From: Fusobacteriota bacterium
Lineage (GTDB): Bacteria; Fusobacteriota; Fusobacteriia; Fusobacteriales; JBNJFI01
Direction: 5' to 3'
Length of the DNA: 52,949 nucleotides
NCBI GenBank assembly: GCA_051746725.1
Contig: JBNJFI010000005.1
Location: 1-52,949, forward strand
Shown: in pieces, positions 28,435-38,057 of the stretch
Numbering within the stretch: the first letter of the stretch is position 1
Layout of the letters: the number at the start of each line of letters is the position of its first letter
Notes under the pieces: generated by a model
Seen by the model: only the letters and a program-made list of their open reading frames with translations
Databases searched by the model: none
What the model was told of the DNA's origin: nothing
Program-made: the position numbers and the translations under genes

Positions 28435-30324
28435 TTATCGTAAAGATTTTGTTTTTATCTTACCATTTTTATAGTAAAATTTAATATTTTTCATTTCATC
28501 TTTTATTCTAAAAGTTCCTTTTCTCATATGTATTTTAGAACCTGGATAACAAGTTCCATATACTTTTACGCTGGCTTCGTGAGATTTATTCAACATTTCT
28601 GTATCCTGTTCAACTTTGTCATTTAATTCTTTCAAATGTGTTCTTATTGATAATTTTGCCTTTGATAATTTCTGAAGTAAGGCTTCTTTATCAGGTGGCA
28701 TTTGTTCTTTTAATTTTTCCTTTAAAGTATGTAATATTTTCAAATTTTTATCTATTGAGTTGTCTTTTTCTTCTAATTTTTCTATTTCAGTTTTATTTTT
28801 TGTCAATCTTTCTTTTATCTTAGGATTTTCCCCAACTTCAATATTAGTTTTGGCTCCTCGTGTTGACCCTAGGTTTTTAATCTCAATATGATCACTTGCT
28901 TTTAGTTCTCCACCTAATACAACTCCTTTTTTGTCTATAACTTTAATAGATCCATTTGCCATGGCCTTTGTATTCATTAAAGCTTCATTGGCAACTATAT
29001 CCCCACCAGCTTCTAAAGTTACAGCTTCAACGAAGTTTGCCATGATATCACCTTTAGCAATTATTTTCCCCTCGTGTTTTCCAAATATACTTCCCATCAC
29101 AATTATATCTCCATCAGCCATAAGATTTCCTTTTTCTACATTTCCTGTGATTTCAATATTACCTTTGGCTCTAATCTCATATCCAGGGTCTACATCACCA
29201 TTTACAATAACATTTCCATTAAATTCAACATTTCCTGTTTCTATATTGACTCCTTTTGTTTCATAAACTTTTAAAACTTCTATTTTATTTTTATCCACTA
29301 ATTTAACCATACCATCTATTTCAGAAATAACTTGACTATTTTCATCCCATTTTGTATTTTTTCCAGACTTTAATTTAGCTGGTTTTCCACTTTTGGCGAC
29401 TAAAGTTTCACCTAGAACATTTTTCCCATCTTCTCCCATGGTCTCTGGTATGTTTTTAGCCAATACGTCTCCAGCCAAAACATTGTCAATAAGGTGAAGT
29501 TCTTTAAAATTTATACTTCCATTTTCAAGTAATTCTCCAGTTAACTTATTTTTATTTTTTATTGACTCTATTTTATAATCTATATATCCATCTTCTCCTG
29601 AAACTACAGGTTTTCCTTTAGCTACCAATAATTCTTCTTGTATTTTTGGAAGTTTTAATATATTTTTGATTTTATCTTCTAATATTCCAAAAACTATACC
29701 TTCTTTGTTTAATAATTCAATTATTTTTTCCACTGATAATTTTTTTATTACGTCTTGATCTTTAAACTCTATATATCCTTCCATTTTATCTTTAGAATAA
29801 CTAATATTGATTTTTTCGTCTATTTCTCCTTCGTGTATTTCCAAGTCTTCCTCTTCTACTTCAGGAGTGGGATCTTCTACTTTCTCATATATTTTTCCTA
29901 CTTTATATTTTTCGCCTCTATTTTCATAGGCTTTTTCAAGGTTTTCCATAATTGGTTCTTCAATATCAAATAATACAACATAATCTAAAAATTCAGTATA
30001 CTCAATTTCCCCCTCTTTTAAAATAACATATAGCTCCCCATCTTCTTTAAATGTTTCAATGAGGTCATCTTTTTTCTTAAAGTTATCAACAGATTTTTTT
30101 AATTCAACTTTTTTGCTATTCTCATCTTGTTTTGTCTTATCATCACTGGATTTTATGTCTTCTTTCAACCAGACTACTATTTCAATTTCTGTGGTTATTA
30201 AACCAAATTTTTTCTTTTTTGTTTTAATTTCATAATCTAAATCTTCTACTTCGACTCCTAATTTTTCAGCAACTTTAGGTAATAATTCTTTTATATTTTT
30301 CCCTTTTGCTCTATATTTTTTCAT
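28435..30324 (-). CDS. fapA: FapA (DUF342) family flagellar assembly protein with N-terminal Jag_N-like domain
   Basis: SKDKMEGY, GIVFGI, VAKGKP..GEDG, INFKEL, G.NVLGE, TGNVEFNGNVIVNGDV, GGEL.A, LGS..G.KT.IEVG, YPG; first ~55 aa are Jag_N-like. Confidence 0.88.
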   Translation of the reverse strand: MKKYRAKGKNIKELLPKVAEKLGVEVEDLDYEIKTKKKKFGLITTEIEIVVWLKEDIKSSDDKTKQDENSKKVELKKSVDNFKKKDDLIETFKEDGELYVILKEGEIEYTEFLDYVVLFDIEEPIMENLEKAYENRGEKYKVGKIYEKVEDPTPEVEEEDLEIHEGEIDEKINISYSKDKMEGYIEFKDQDVIKKLSVEKIIELLNKEGIVFGILEDKIKNILKLPKIQEELLVAKGKPVVSGEDGYIDYKIESIKNKNKLTGELLENGSINFKELHLIDNVLAGDVLAKNIPETMGEDGKNVLGETLVAKSGKPAKLKSGKNTKWDENSQVISEIDGMVKLVDKNKIEVLKVYETKGVNIETGNVEFNGNVIVNGDVDPGYEIRAKGNIEITGNVEKGNLMADGDIIVMGSIFGKHEGKIIAKGDIMANFVEAVTLEAGGDIVANEALMNTKAMANGSIKVIDKKGVVLGGELKASDHIEIKNLGSTRGAKTNIEVGENPKIKERLTKNKTEIEKLEEKDNSIDKNLKILHTLKEKLKEQMPPDKEALLQKLSKAKLSIRTHLKELNDKVEQDTEMLNKSHEASVKVYGTCYPGSKIHMRKGTFRIKDEMKNIKFYYKNGKIKTKSLR

Positions 30325-30402
30325 AATAACTCCCCAATTCTATAATAATTTTAAACATTCAATTTAAACATTCAAAAAACCCATAAAAACTAGACTGAGT
30401 AA

Positions 30403-31176
30403 TTATACCAAATTTGCATATTTACTAAAATCTTTAGTTAATTTAGCTCGTAATTTTAATACTATTTTTGAATGAATTTGAGATACTCTTGACTCAGACA
30501 CATCTAAAATTTCACCTATCTCTTTTAAAGTTAAATCTTCATAATAATACAGAGTTATTACCATCTTTTCTTTTTTGGGTAATTCTTTTATTTTTTCTAA
30601 AAGAGCTTTTTTTAATTCCTGTTTTTCCATTTTCTCTTGGGAACTTATTGTTTTTTTATTTTCAACTAATTCTCCAAGAGAAGTTTTTTTACCTTCTCCT
30701 TCATATACTGTTTTATCCAAAGAAGAAAAGTTTCCTAAATTTACCTTTGCAAGTACTTTGTTTAATTTCTTTTTAGTTATATCTAGATACTCTGCTACCT
30801 CTTCTTCAGTAGCGCTCCTATTATATTTTTGTTCTAATTCAATATACGCTTTTTGAATATCCTTTGATATTTTTCTAATAGATCTAGGCAACCAATCTTG
30901 TGATCTCAACTCATCATATATAGATCCTCTTATTCGGGTTACAGCATATGTTTTAAACTTTATTCCTTTAGTAACATCAAATTTACTAATAGCATCTAAT
31001 AATCCAATAATTCCATGTTCAACTAAATCATCATATTCAACATTATTTGGAAATTTCACGATCATCTTTCCTACTACATATTTTACTAATGGTATATATT
31101 GTATAATTATCTTCTCTCTTAATTCTAAGTTGCCTGTTTTTTTATATTCCATCCACATCTCTTTATTTTCTACCAT
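30403..31176 (-). CDS. fliA: Flagellar sigma factor (sigma28, FliA/SigD/WhiG family)
   Basis: YIPLVKYVV, GIIGLLDAISKFD, FKTYAVTRIRGSIYDELRSQDWLPRS, LYYYEDLTLKEIG.ILDVSESRVSQIH. Confidence 0.95.
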   Translation of the reverse strand: MVENKEMWMEYKKTGNLELREKIIIQYIPLVKYVVGKMIVKFPNNVEYDDLVEHGIIGLLDAISKFDVTKGIKFKTYAVTRIRGSIYDELRSQDWLPRSIRKISKDIQKAYIELEQKYNRSATEEEVAEYLDITKKKLNKVLAKVNLGNFSSLDKTVYEGEGKKTSLGELVENKKTISSQEKMEKQELKKALLEKIKELPKKEKMVITLYYYEDLTLKEIGEILDVSESRVSQIHSKIVLKLRAKLTKDFSKYANLV

Positions 31177-31242
31177 TTCTTCCCCCCGCTATCATATTGA
31201 TAAATAACCATAGATTATCTAGCTAAACCTTTACTATGATAG

Positions 31243-31716
31243 TTATATTAATTTCTCTCCATGTCCAATAGTCTTAACTTTTAAATCACCAGTCTCCAGC
31301 AATAAAGTTATTGTTCTACCAAATGTTCCTCCTGTGTCTTCTGCTACAATCTTAATTTTATGTTCTTCTAAGATCTTTTTTACCATAACTGTATTTCTAT
31401 GTCCCACTGATTTTGTTTTGCCATTTCCAAACTTAAACATTTTAGCTCCACCTGCAACCTTTGCAATTGCCCTTCTATTTTTTAAGCCTAATTTATAGAG
31501 TTCATCTAACATATCTTCAATTGCATTATCAGCAAATTTAGCTGATCTTTTTTTTCCTGGGTTCTTGGGAAGCATTATATGTGCCATTCCTCCGACTTTT
31601 GTTGCCTCATCATAGATAGTAATTCCTACGCAAGACCCTAATCCTAAAGTCATTATCTTTTTTGGAGATTTTCCAGTCTTATAATCACCTATACTAACTT
31701 TGAGAGTTTCAACCAT
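31243..31716 (-). CDS. cheD: Chemoreceptor glutamine deamidase CheD
   Basis: TLGLGSCVGI, GGMAHIMLP, KFAD.A, AKVAGGAKMF, EDTGGTFGRTI. Start moved to ATG 31716. Confidence 0.95.
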   Translation of the reverse strand: MVETLKVSIGDYKTGKSPKKIMTLGLGSCVGITIYDEATKVGGMAHIMLPKNPGKKRSAKFADNAIEDMLDELYKLGLKNRRAIAKVAGGAKMFKFGNGKTKSVGHRNTVMVKKILEEHKIKIVAEDTGGTFGRTITLLLETGDLKVKTIGHGEKLI

Positions 31717-31717
31717 A

Positions 31718-32332
31718 TCACTCAACTCCCAATGATTTCAATAACAAGTTTAATGAATCAACATCAGGTAACATAAAAAAACTACCATCTATTGCCTTTC
31801 CATCACTCATAAACTCCGTTTCAATTAAAAGAGCATAATCACTAACTTCACTTTGTTCTATTAAAATTGTACTAAATAATGCTCCTGCCATATCATATGC
31901 CAAAGCAGGGGTTGATGGAACTATTGTTAAACTTGAGAAATCACTTAGTGCATTTAAATAAGAGCTTGTCAAAATATTTCCGATTTCCATAAGAGCAGAT
32001 TGAGATATTTCACCACCTAACCCTTCTTCTTCAGCTTCTCCCATTAAAATTTTAATTAGATTTTCTGCACTGCTAGTTGGTAATAAAAACATAATATTCC
32101 CTTGTATATCTCCAAAGATTTTTAAATATACACCGGCTACTAAATTTTCAGCCCCTCCTAGAACTTCAGGAACATCTCCTAACTCCATTACTTTAACTGC
32201 AGGTACTGTCATATCAATTCTTTTATTTAATACTTGTGATAATGCTGTAGCTGCATTTCCTGCTCCTATATTTCCAGCTTCTTTTAAGGCATCTAATTCA
32301 ACTTTATTTAAATTTTTTATTTCTACACTCAT
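31718..32332 (-). CDS. cheC: CheY-P phosphatase CheC
   Basis: LKEAGNIGAGNAATALS, SALMEIGNILTSSYLNAL, DMAGA. Confidence 0.95.
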   Translation of the reverse strand: MSVEIKNLNKVELDALKEAGNIGAGNAATALSQVLNKRIDMTVPAVKVMELGDVPEVLGGAENLVAGVYLKIFGDIQGNIMFLLPTSSAENLIKILMGEAEEEGLGGEISQSALMEIGNILTSSYLNALSDFSSLTIVPSTPALAYDMAGALFSTILIEQSEVSDYALLIETEFMSDGKAIDGSFFMLPDVDSLNLLLKSLGVE

Positions 32333-32784
32333 TATTCCCTCCCAACTTCATTTTTTTGTATTCCCAACACTTCTTTCAAATTTAATAATGTTAATAATCT
32401 ATCACCTTTTAATTTACATATTCCTTCTACAAAGTCATCATCAATTTGAGAGTCAATTGTAGAGTTCTTAAATATTGCCTTTTTATCCGTTTCAATGACC
32501 TCAGATACTCCATCTACCATCAACCCAACAACAAACTTACCAGTTTCAATTATAATTATTCTCTGTGCTTTCCATTTTTCAACTTCAATATTAAAACGTT
32601 CTGCTAAATTTATTATAGGTACTACTACACCTCTTAAATTAATTACTCCTTCTATATATCCTTGAGCTCTTGGAACCCTTGTCGCTTTTTGAGTTTTGAT
32701 TATCTCTTTTATATTTTCAATAGGTAATGCATATTCTTCATTATCCAATTTGAACCCCATAATTGTTATTATCTCTTTTGCCAT
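32332..32784 (-). CDS. cheW: Chemotaxis adaptor CheW
   Basis: F.LDNEEYALPI..IKEII, TRVPRAQGYIEGVINLRG, GLMVDGVSEV. Confidence 0.95.
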   Translation of the reverse strand: MAKEIITIMGFKLDNEEYALPIENIKEIIKTQKATRVPRAQGYIEGVINLRGVVVPIINLAERFNIEVEKWKAQRIIIIETGKFVVGLMVDGVSEVIETDKKAIFKNSTIDSQIDDDFVEGICKLKGDRLLTLLNLKEVLGIQKNEVGRE

Positions 32785-32800
32785 TTCTATCCCCCTTTTT

Positions 32801-34819
32801 TTATTTTATGAGAGTTAATACATCTAAAATAAGTGCTACTTCACCATTTCCAAGAACAGTTGCACCAGTTATCCCTTTTAAATCTGAGAAAACTTTTCCT
32901 AAAGGTTTTATAACAATCTCTTGTTGTCCTATTAGATGATCTACAATTAATCCTAATTTTTTCTTTCCTGCTTTTACTATAACTAAAGTAGTTGTTTGTT
33001 TATCTTCTAATTGATATTCAGGAACTTCTAATGTTTTTCCAAGATTAACAACCGATACAACTTCTCCTCTTAACATTATAACTTTTTCACCCTGAACTAC
33101 TTTTACATCATCTTTAGTTATATCAACAGTTTCAACAATGTTTGCTAATGGTATTGCAAATATCTCCTCTTTCAAGTTAATCAAAAGCGCTTCTATGATA
33201 GCTAGTGTTAGTGGTAATTTTATCTTTATTTCTGTTCCTCTTCCTAACTCTGTATTTAAAGCTATCTCTCCATTTATTCCTTCAATTTTTGTTTTTACAA
33301 CATCCATTCCAACGCCTCGTCCTGATACGTCTGAAACTTTTTCTGCTGTTGAAAAACCAGATGCAAATATTAATTGTAAAATATCTTGTTCGTCCATTTT
33401 CTTTATCTCTTCTTCTGTTTTGATTCCTTTTTTGATTGCACTCTTTGCAATGTTATCACTATCTATTCCAGCTCCATCGTCTTCTATAGTTATTATAACA
33501 TTATTTCCTTCATGTTCAGCTTTGAGTAAGATAGTACCTTCTCTATCTTTTCCAGCTTTTTCCCGTTCCTCTGGATGCTCGATTCCATGATCTAAAGAAT
33601 TTCTTAAAAGATGAACCAAAGGATCGCCAATCTCATCAATTACAGTTCTATCTAATTCTGTATCTTGACCTTCAATCACTAAATTAATTTCTTTATTTAA
33701 TTCTTTGGCTAAATCTCTTACCATTCTAGGAAATCTATTAAAAACAGTTTCGATAGGAACCATTCTTACTTTTGTTACAATATTTTGCAAATCTCCTGTT
33801 ACTCTATCTACGTGAGCCAATGTTTCTGTAAGCTCTTCTAAGTTATATTCTGAATTCAATTGAAATAATCTAGTTTTATTTATAACTAATTCTGCAACTA
33901 AATTCATTAAAGAATCCAATTTATCAGTATCAACTCTAACTGTGGTACTTTTTCTATGTTTTATTTTTCTCTCTTTTTTCTTTTTAGGAGTTTTCGAAGT
34001 ACCCGCATCATTCTCAATATTATCTTCTACTTCTGATTCTTCCTCTTCGTTATTATTTTCAGAAATATCTAATTCCATTATTTCTACATTTTCGATTTCA
34101 CTTACTGACTCTGTAGATTTTTTTACTTTTTCCATTTCTTCTTTAGTAACAAATGCTATCTCAAATGAAAGATCAAATTCTTCTTCTTCTAAACTCTCAG
34201 TATCTGGTATTGATTTTATTATCTCCCCTAATTCTTCTAAATTTCTAAATACCATATATACTCTAGCTGCTTTTAAAAGACAAGATTCTTCTAGAGTAAC
34301 TTTTAATAAATAAGTATTCAGACCTTTTGATTTTGCTTCCTTAAATATTTGTTTTTCATATTCATTAAAATTCATATCAGTAACATTCTGAGGAACTTTT
34401 TCTTTTTTAGGATTTTTTTCAGGCTCTTCAGAATTAAAATCTCCTTCTAATATATCTGATAATTGATTTGCTAAATTATCAATCCCAGTTTTTTCTCCAC
34501 CTTCTTCTATTATTTCGTCAGTAAGTATATTTAATGTATCTAAACAATCAAAAAGTAAATCTACTATTTCTGTTGTTATTTTTAAATTGTGATTACGAAC
34601 TTCATCTAATACATTTTCCAAATCATGAGTTAATTCTGCTGTATTGTCAAACCCCATTGTAGCAGCCATTCCTTTTAAAGTATGTGCAGACCTAAAAATT
34701 TCTTCGATTATAGACATATTTTCCGGTTCCTGTTCTAGTTTTAATAAATTATCATTTAAACTTTGTAAGTGTTCTCTTGATTCGTCTACAAAAACTGACA
34801 TATATTGATTAGTTTCCAT
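32801..34819 (-). CDS. cheA: Chemotaxis histidine kinase CheA
   Basis: Hpt IFRSAHTLKG, P2 domain, TVRVDT.KLD.LMNLV, HLLRNSLDHGIE, DDGAGID, GFSTA..VSDVSGRGVGMDVV, CheW-like C-terminus. Confidence 0.98.
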   Translation of the reverse strand: METNQYMSVFVDESREHLQSLNDNLLKLEQEPENMSIIEEIFRSAHTLKGMAATMGFDNTAELTHDLENVLDEVRNHNLKITTEIVDLLFDCLDTLNILTDEIIEEGGEKTGIDNLANQLSDILEGDFNSEEPEKNPKKEKVPQNVTDMNFNEYEKQIFKEAKSKGLNTYLLKVTLEESCLLKAARVYMVFRNLEELGEIIKSIPDTESLEEEEFDLSFEIAFVTKEEMEKVKKSTESVSEIENVEIMELDISENNNEEEESEVEDNIENDAGTSKTPKKKKERKIKHRKSTTVRVDTDKLDSLMNLVAELVINKTRLFQLNSEYNLEELTETLAHVDRVTGDLQNIVTKVRMVPIETVFNRFPRMVRDLAKELNKEINLVIEGQDTELDRTVIDEIGDPLVHLLRNSLDHGIEHPEEREKAGKDREGTILLKAEHEGNNVIITIEDDGAGIDSDNIAKSAIKKGIKTEEEIKKMDEQDILQLIFASGFSTAEKVSDVSGRGVGMDVVKTKIEGINGEIALNTELGRGTEIKIKLPLTLAIIEALLINLKEEIFAIPLANIVETVDITKDDVKVVQGEKVIMLRGEVVSVVNLGKTLEVPEYQLEDKQTTTLVIVKAGKKKLGLIVDHLIGQQEIVIKPLGKVFSDLKGITGATVLGNGEVALILDVLTLIK

Positions 34820-34828
34820 CTTTACCTC

Positions 34829-35893
34829 CTAATTTTTTAATAATTCTATGATTTTTTTGGGAATTCTTTCTAGATCCACTTCATAATCTACAGCCCCTAG
34901 TCTAAATGCTACTTTAGGCATACCGTAAATCACACAAGTTTCTTTGCTCTGTCCTATTGTTTTGGCTCCAGTATCTTTTAATTTTTTCAACCACTTCGAG
35001 CCATCGCCTCCCATTCCAGTCATAATTACCCCTACTGCATTTTCTCCATAAATTTTACTTACAGATCGAAATAATACATCGGCAGAAGGCCTATGTCCAT
35101 TTTCTGGTTCATTTTGGTTCAACCTTATATATCTTCTAGCTCCCTTTTTAACGACTTCCATATGATAATCTCCAGGGGCAATATAAGCTGTTCCTCCTAT
35201 GATTTCGTCATTATCTTCTGCTTCTTTTACATTGATTTCACTTAATACTTCTAATCTATCTGCTAAAGATTTTGTAAATTTAGGAGGCATATGTTGAACA
35301 ATAAGTATACCAACTCCAATATCTGCAGGTATTTCAGGTATAATGGTTTGTAAAGCATTTGGACCTCCTGTAGATATTCCTATTGCAACAATTTGTTTAG
35401 CATCTCTAATTACTTTTTGTGAGGCTTTTGACTTTCTTTTCAAAAATTTATGTAAATTTATTTTTCTTTTTTTAGGTTTTTTTTCTAATTGTTTCAAATT
35501 AACTTTTACAGATTCTCGAACTTTCTCTACTAATTCTTTTTTTACTTTTTTGATATCCAAAGATATCTGCCCTGATGGTTTTTGTACAAAATCATAAGCA
35601 CCTTTATCTAGAGCTTCAATTGTTTCTTTTGCTCCTTCAGCTGCTAGGCTGCTAAGCATAATAACTTTTGTAGGGTTTGTATCCATAATTTTTTTTACAG
35701 CTTCTAATCCATTCATTATAGGCATTTCTATATCTAAAGTTATCACATCTGGATTTAATTTTTTATTTTTCTGTATAGCATCTTTTCCATTTCGGGCTGT
35801 ACCAACTACTTCGATATCTTTCTCTTCATTTAACATATCAGATATCAAATTACGCATAAATATAGAGTCATCTACAACTAATACTTTTATCAT
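34829..35893 (-). CDS. cheB: Chemotaxis methylesterase CheB
   Basis: Receiver domain plus GISTGGP, VQHMP, HRPSAD, MTGMGGDG, IYGMP. Confidence 0.97.
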   Translation of the reverse strand: MIKVLVVDDSIFMRNLISDMLNEEKDIEVVGTARNGKDAIQKNKKLNPDVITLDIEMPIMNGLEAVKKIMDTNPTKVIMLSSLAAEGAKETIEALDKGAYDFVQKPSGQISLDIKKVKKELVEKVRESVKVNLKQLEKKPKKRKINLHKFLKRKSKASQKVIRDAKQIVAIGISTGGPNALQTIIPEIPADIGVGILIVQHMPPKFTKSLADRLEVLSEINVKEAEDNDEIIGGTAYIAPGDYHMEVVKKGARRYIRLNQNEPENGHRPSADVLFRSVSKIYGENAVGVIMTGMGGDGSKWLKKLKDTGAKTIGQSKETCVIYGMPKVAFRLGAVDYEVDLERIPKKIIELLKN

Positions 35894-35905
35894 AAATCCA
35901 CCATC

Positions 35906-36772
35906 CTATCCAAACCATTTTTTAATCTTGTTAATAAACCCTTCTTTATCTTTTTCTTTTTCTAACCCCAATACTTTATCACAAATATGCTTCATACATT
36001 TTGTCGCTTTTGAATCTGGGTAATATATAATAAATGGAGTTTTTTTATAAATTGTCTCTTGAACTATTTTTTCTTCATAAATAAATCCTAATCTTGTAAT
36101 CGATTTATCTAAAAATTTCTCTGTAGCGTTAATAATAATATCAGAAGCTTTTTTGAAATCATTAATCGAATCTACTCTATTTATTATTAGTCCTATTTCA
36201 CTACTTGTATTTTTATTGTTTATAATTTTTATAACACTATATGCATCTGTTAATGCAGTAGGTTCTTGAGTAGTTATAACAATTGTTTCATCAGCTATTT
36301 CCAAAAAAGAGGTTACATTTTTAGAAATACCAGCTCCTGTATCTATTATAATTATATCATATTCTTGATCTAATTTAGAAAGTTTTAATAACATCTCTTC
36401 TATTTCAATATTTGACAGATCAGTCATCTCTAAAAATCCATTACCACCTGAAATAAAATCTATATTATATGGAGCATTTATAATAACATCTTCAATATTT
36501 TTATTTCTCTTTATTAAATCTTTTAATGTATAAGATGGTGTAATTCCAAGCATTACCTCAACATTAGAAAGACCCAAGTCTGCATCAATAATTAATACTT
36601 TTTTGCCAGTTTTTATTAACGTTGCGGCTAAATTCACAGAGAGAGTTGTTTTACCCACTCCTCCTTTTCCAGATGTAACCGCAATTATTCTTGCTTTTCT
36701 ATTTATCGGATTTTGTTTTACCTTTTCTTCTTTTGATTTCACTAATTCTCTTAGTTTAGCTGCTTGATCCAT
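35906..36772 (-). CDS. flhG: MinD-like flagellar number regulator FlhG/FleN
   Basis: MDQAAKLR, TSGKGGVGKT, DADLGLSN, IDTGAGI, EPTALTDAY. Confidence 0.94.
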   Translation of the reverse strand: MDQAAKLRELVKSKEEKVKQNPINRKARIIAVTSGKGGVGKTTLSVNLAATLIKTGKKVLIIDADLGLSNVEVMLGITPSYTLKDLIKRNKNIEDVIINAPYNIDFISGGNGFLEMTDLSNIEIEEMLLKLSKLDQEYDIIIIDTGAGISKNVTSFLEIADETIVITTQEPTALTDAYSVIKIINNKNTSSEIGLIINRVDSINDFKKASDIIINATEKFLDKSITRLGFIYEEKIVQETIYKKTPFIIYYPDSKATKCMKHICDKVLGLEKEKDKEGFINKIKKWFG

Positions 36773-38057
36773 CACTTAACCCCTTAATGAAAATTTGAGC
36801 AAGTCTCTCTTTTGTAGCTTTTTCTATGTCATCTGGAACTTTTTGACCAGTAGTTATATAAGAGACAGCTACATCATACTTTTTAGAAATTGTTAAAAGA
36901 GATCCTATATTATCTGTTTCATCTATTTTTGTAAAGATAATACTCGAAAATCCTATTGACTCAAATTTTTCTATAATTTCACATAATACTGATAGTTTTG
37001 AGGTAGCACTTAAAACTAAAACTACATTTAAGTTTCCACCCTTAGTTTTAGTGTATTCTTTCAATTCATCCATCTGCTCTTTATTTTTAGGGCTCCTGCC
37101 TGCAGTATCCATGACTAATAAATCTTTATCTTTAAATTTTTCAATAGCAAAATTTAATTCTTCTGGTTTTTTTATTACTTCTACAGCGATCTTCATGATA
37201 TTAGCATATGCCTTTAGTTGACTTACTGCTTCTAATCTATAAGTATCAGCTGTAATCAGAGCAACATCTCCCTCTTCATTCCATTTATTAGCAACAAGCT
37301 TAGCACAAGATGTTGTCTTTCCTACTCCTGTCGGTCCTACTAACATCAAAAATTTTTCACTTTCTAGGTTTTTCCCCAATTTTATGTTATTTTTAAAGTA
37401 TTCTTCTAATCCTTTTAAATAATCATTTTTAGTAATCCCTCTATTTTTAAAATAGGCTTTTATTTCTTTTATTATATCTTCTGTTATATCATCTTTTCTA
37501 AGCTTTTTCCAAAAGTCTCCCTCTTCTCTTTGAATATTTAAACTTTTGAAATCAGAACCTTTTTTTTCTTCTGTTTTTTGTAATTTGGAAAATTCTTTTC
37601 GTAATTCTTCAGTAATTTCTTTTTTTAATTTATCTGCCATGTCATTATCTTTGTTATTATCTTTATTATTATTTTCCGCATTTTTATTAATATTTTGGTT
37701 TCTAGTGGCATAAGGTTTATACAGGCCAGAATTATTAAGTTTCGATGAGTCGTTTTTTTCTTTATCTTTTAATACTTTCTCATTCTTATTATAACCCATT
37801 TTTTTTAAAAAATCCAATATTTCTTTGTCTGTATCTAGGCCCTTCTTTTTTTGAGGAGGAGGAGTATTTTCTAAACCAAATGTTATCTTTAATTTCTTTT
37901 TTGCAAAAAGTCCAAAAAAACCTCCAACTTTTATCTCTTTTTTTTCAATTATTATAAGATTGGCCCCTAATTCTCTTCTAGCTTTAGAGTAAGCCACTTT
38001 ATAATCTTCGACTATATATGTTTTCATATCTTTGATTTTTATATTTTTATTTGTCAT
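36756..38057 (-). CDS. flhF: SRP-family GTPase FlhF
   Basis: ELGAN..GGFFGLF N-terminus, GPTGVGKTT, DTYR..AV.QL, DTAGR, TKIDE, GQKVPDDI. Confidence 0.94.
   Translation of the reverse strand: MTNKNIKIKDMKTYIVEDYKVAYSKARRELGANLIIIEKKEIKVGGFFGLFAKKKLKITFGLENTPPPQKKKGLDTDKEILDFLKKMGYNKNEKVLKDKEKNDSSKLNNSGLYKPYATRNQNINKNAENNNKDNNKDNDMADKLKKEITEELRKEFSKLQKTEEKKGSDFKSLNIQREEGDFWKKLRKDDITEDIIKEIKAYFKNRGITKNDYLKGLEEYFKNNIKLGKNLESEKFLMLVGPTGVGKTTSCAKLVANKWNEEGDVALITADTYRLEAVSQLKAYANIMKIAVEVIKKPEELNFAIEKFKDKDLLVMDTAGRSPKNKEQMDELKEYTKTKGGNLNVVLVLSATSKLSVLCEIIEKFESIGFSSIIFTKIDETDNIGSLLTISKKYDVAVSYITTGQKVPDDIEKATKERLAQIFIKGLSDGSSS

Noticed and set aside
31243..35893. Absence of cheR, cheV, MCPs and flagellin from the che cluster
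   Set aside because: These genes are normally unlinked in Bacillus-type organisations, and the cluster also continues past the window edge
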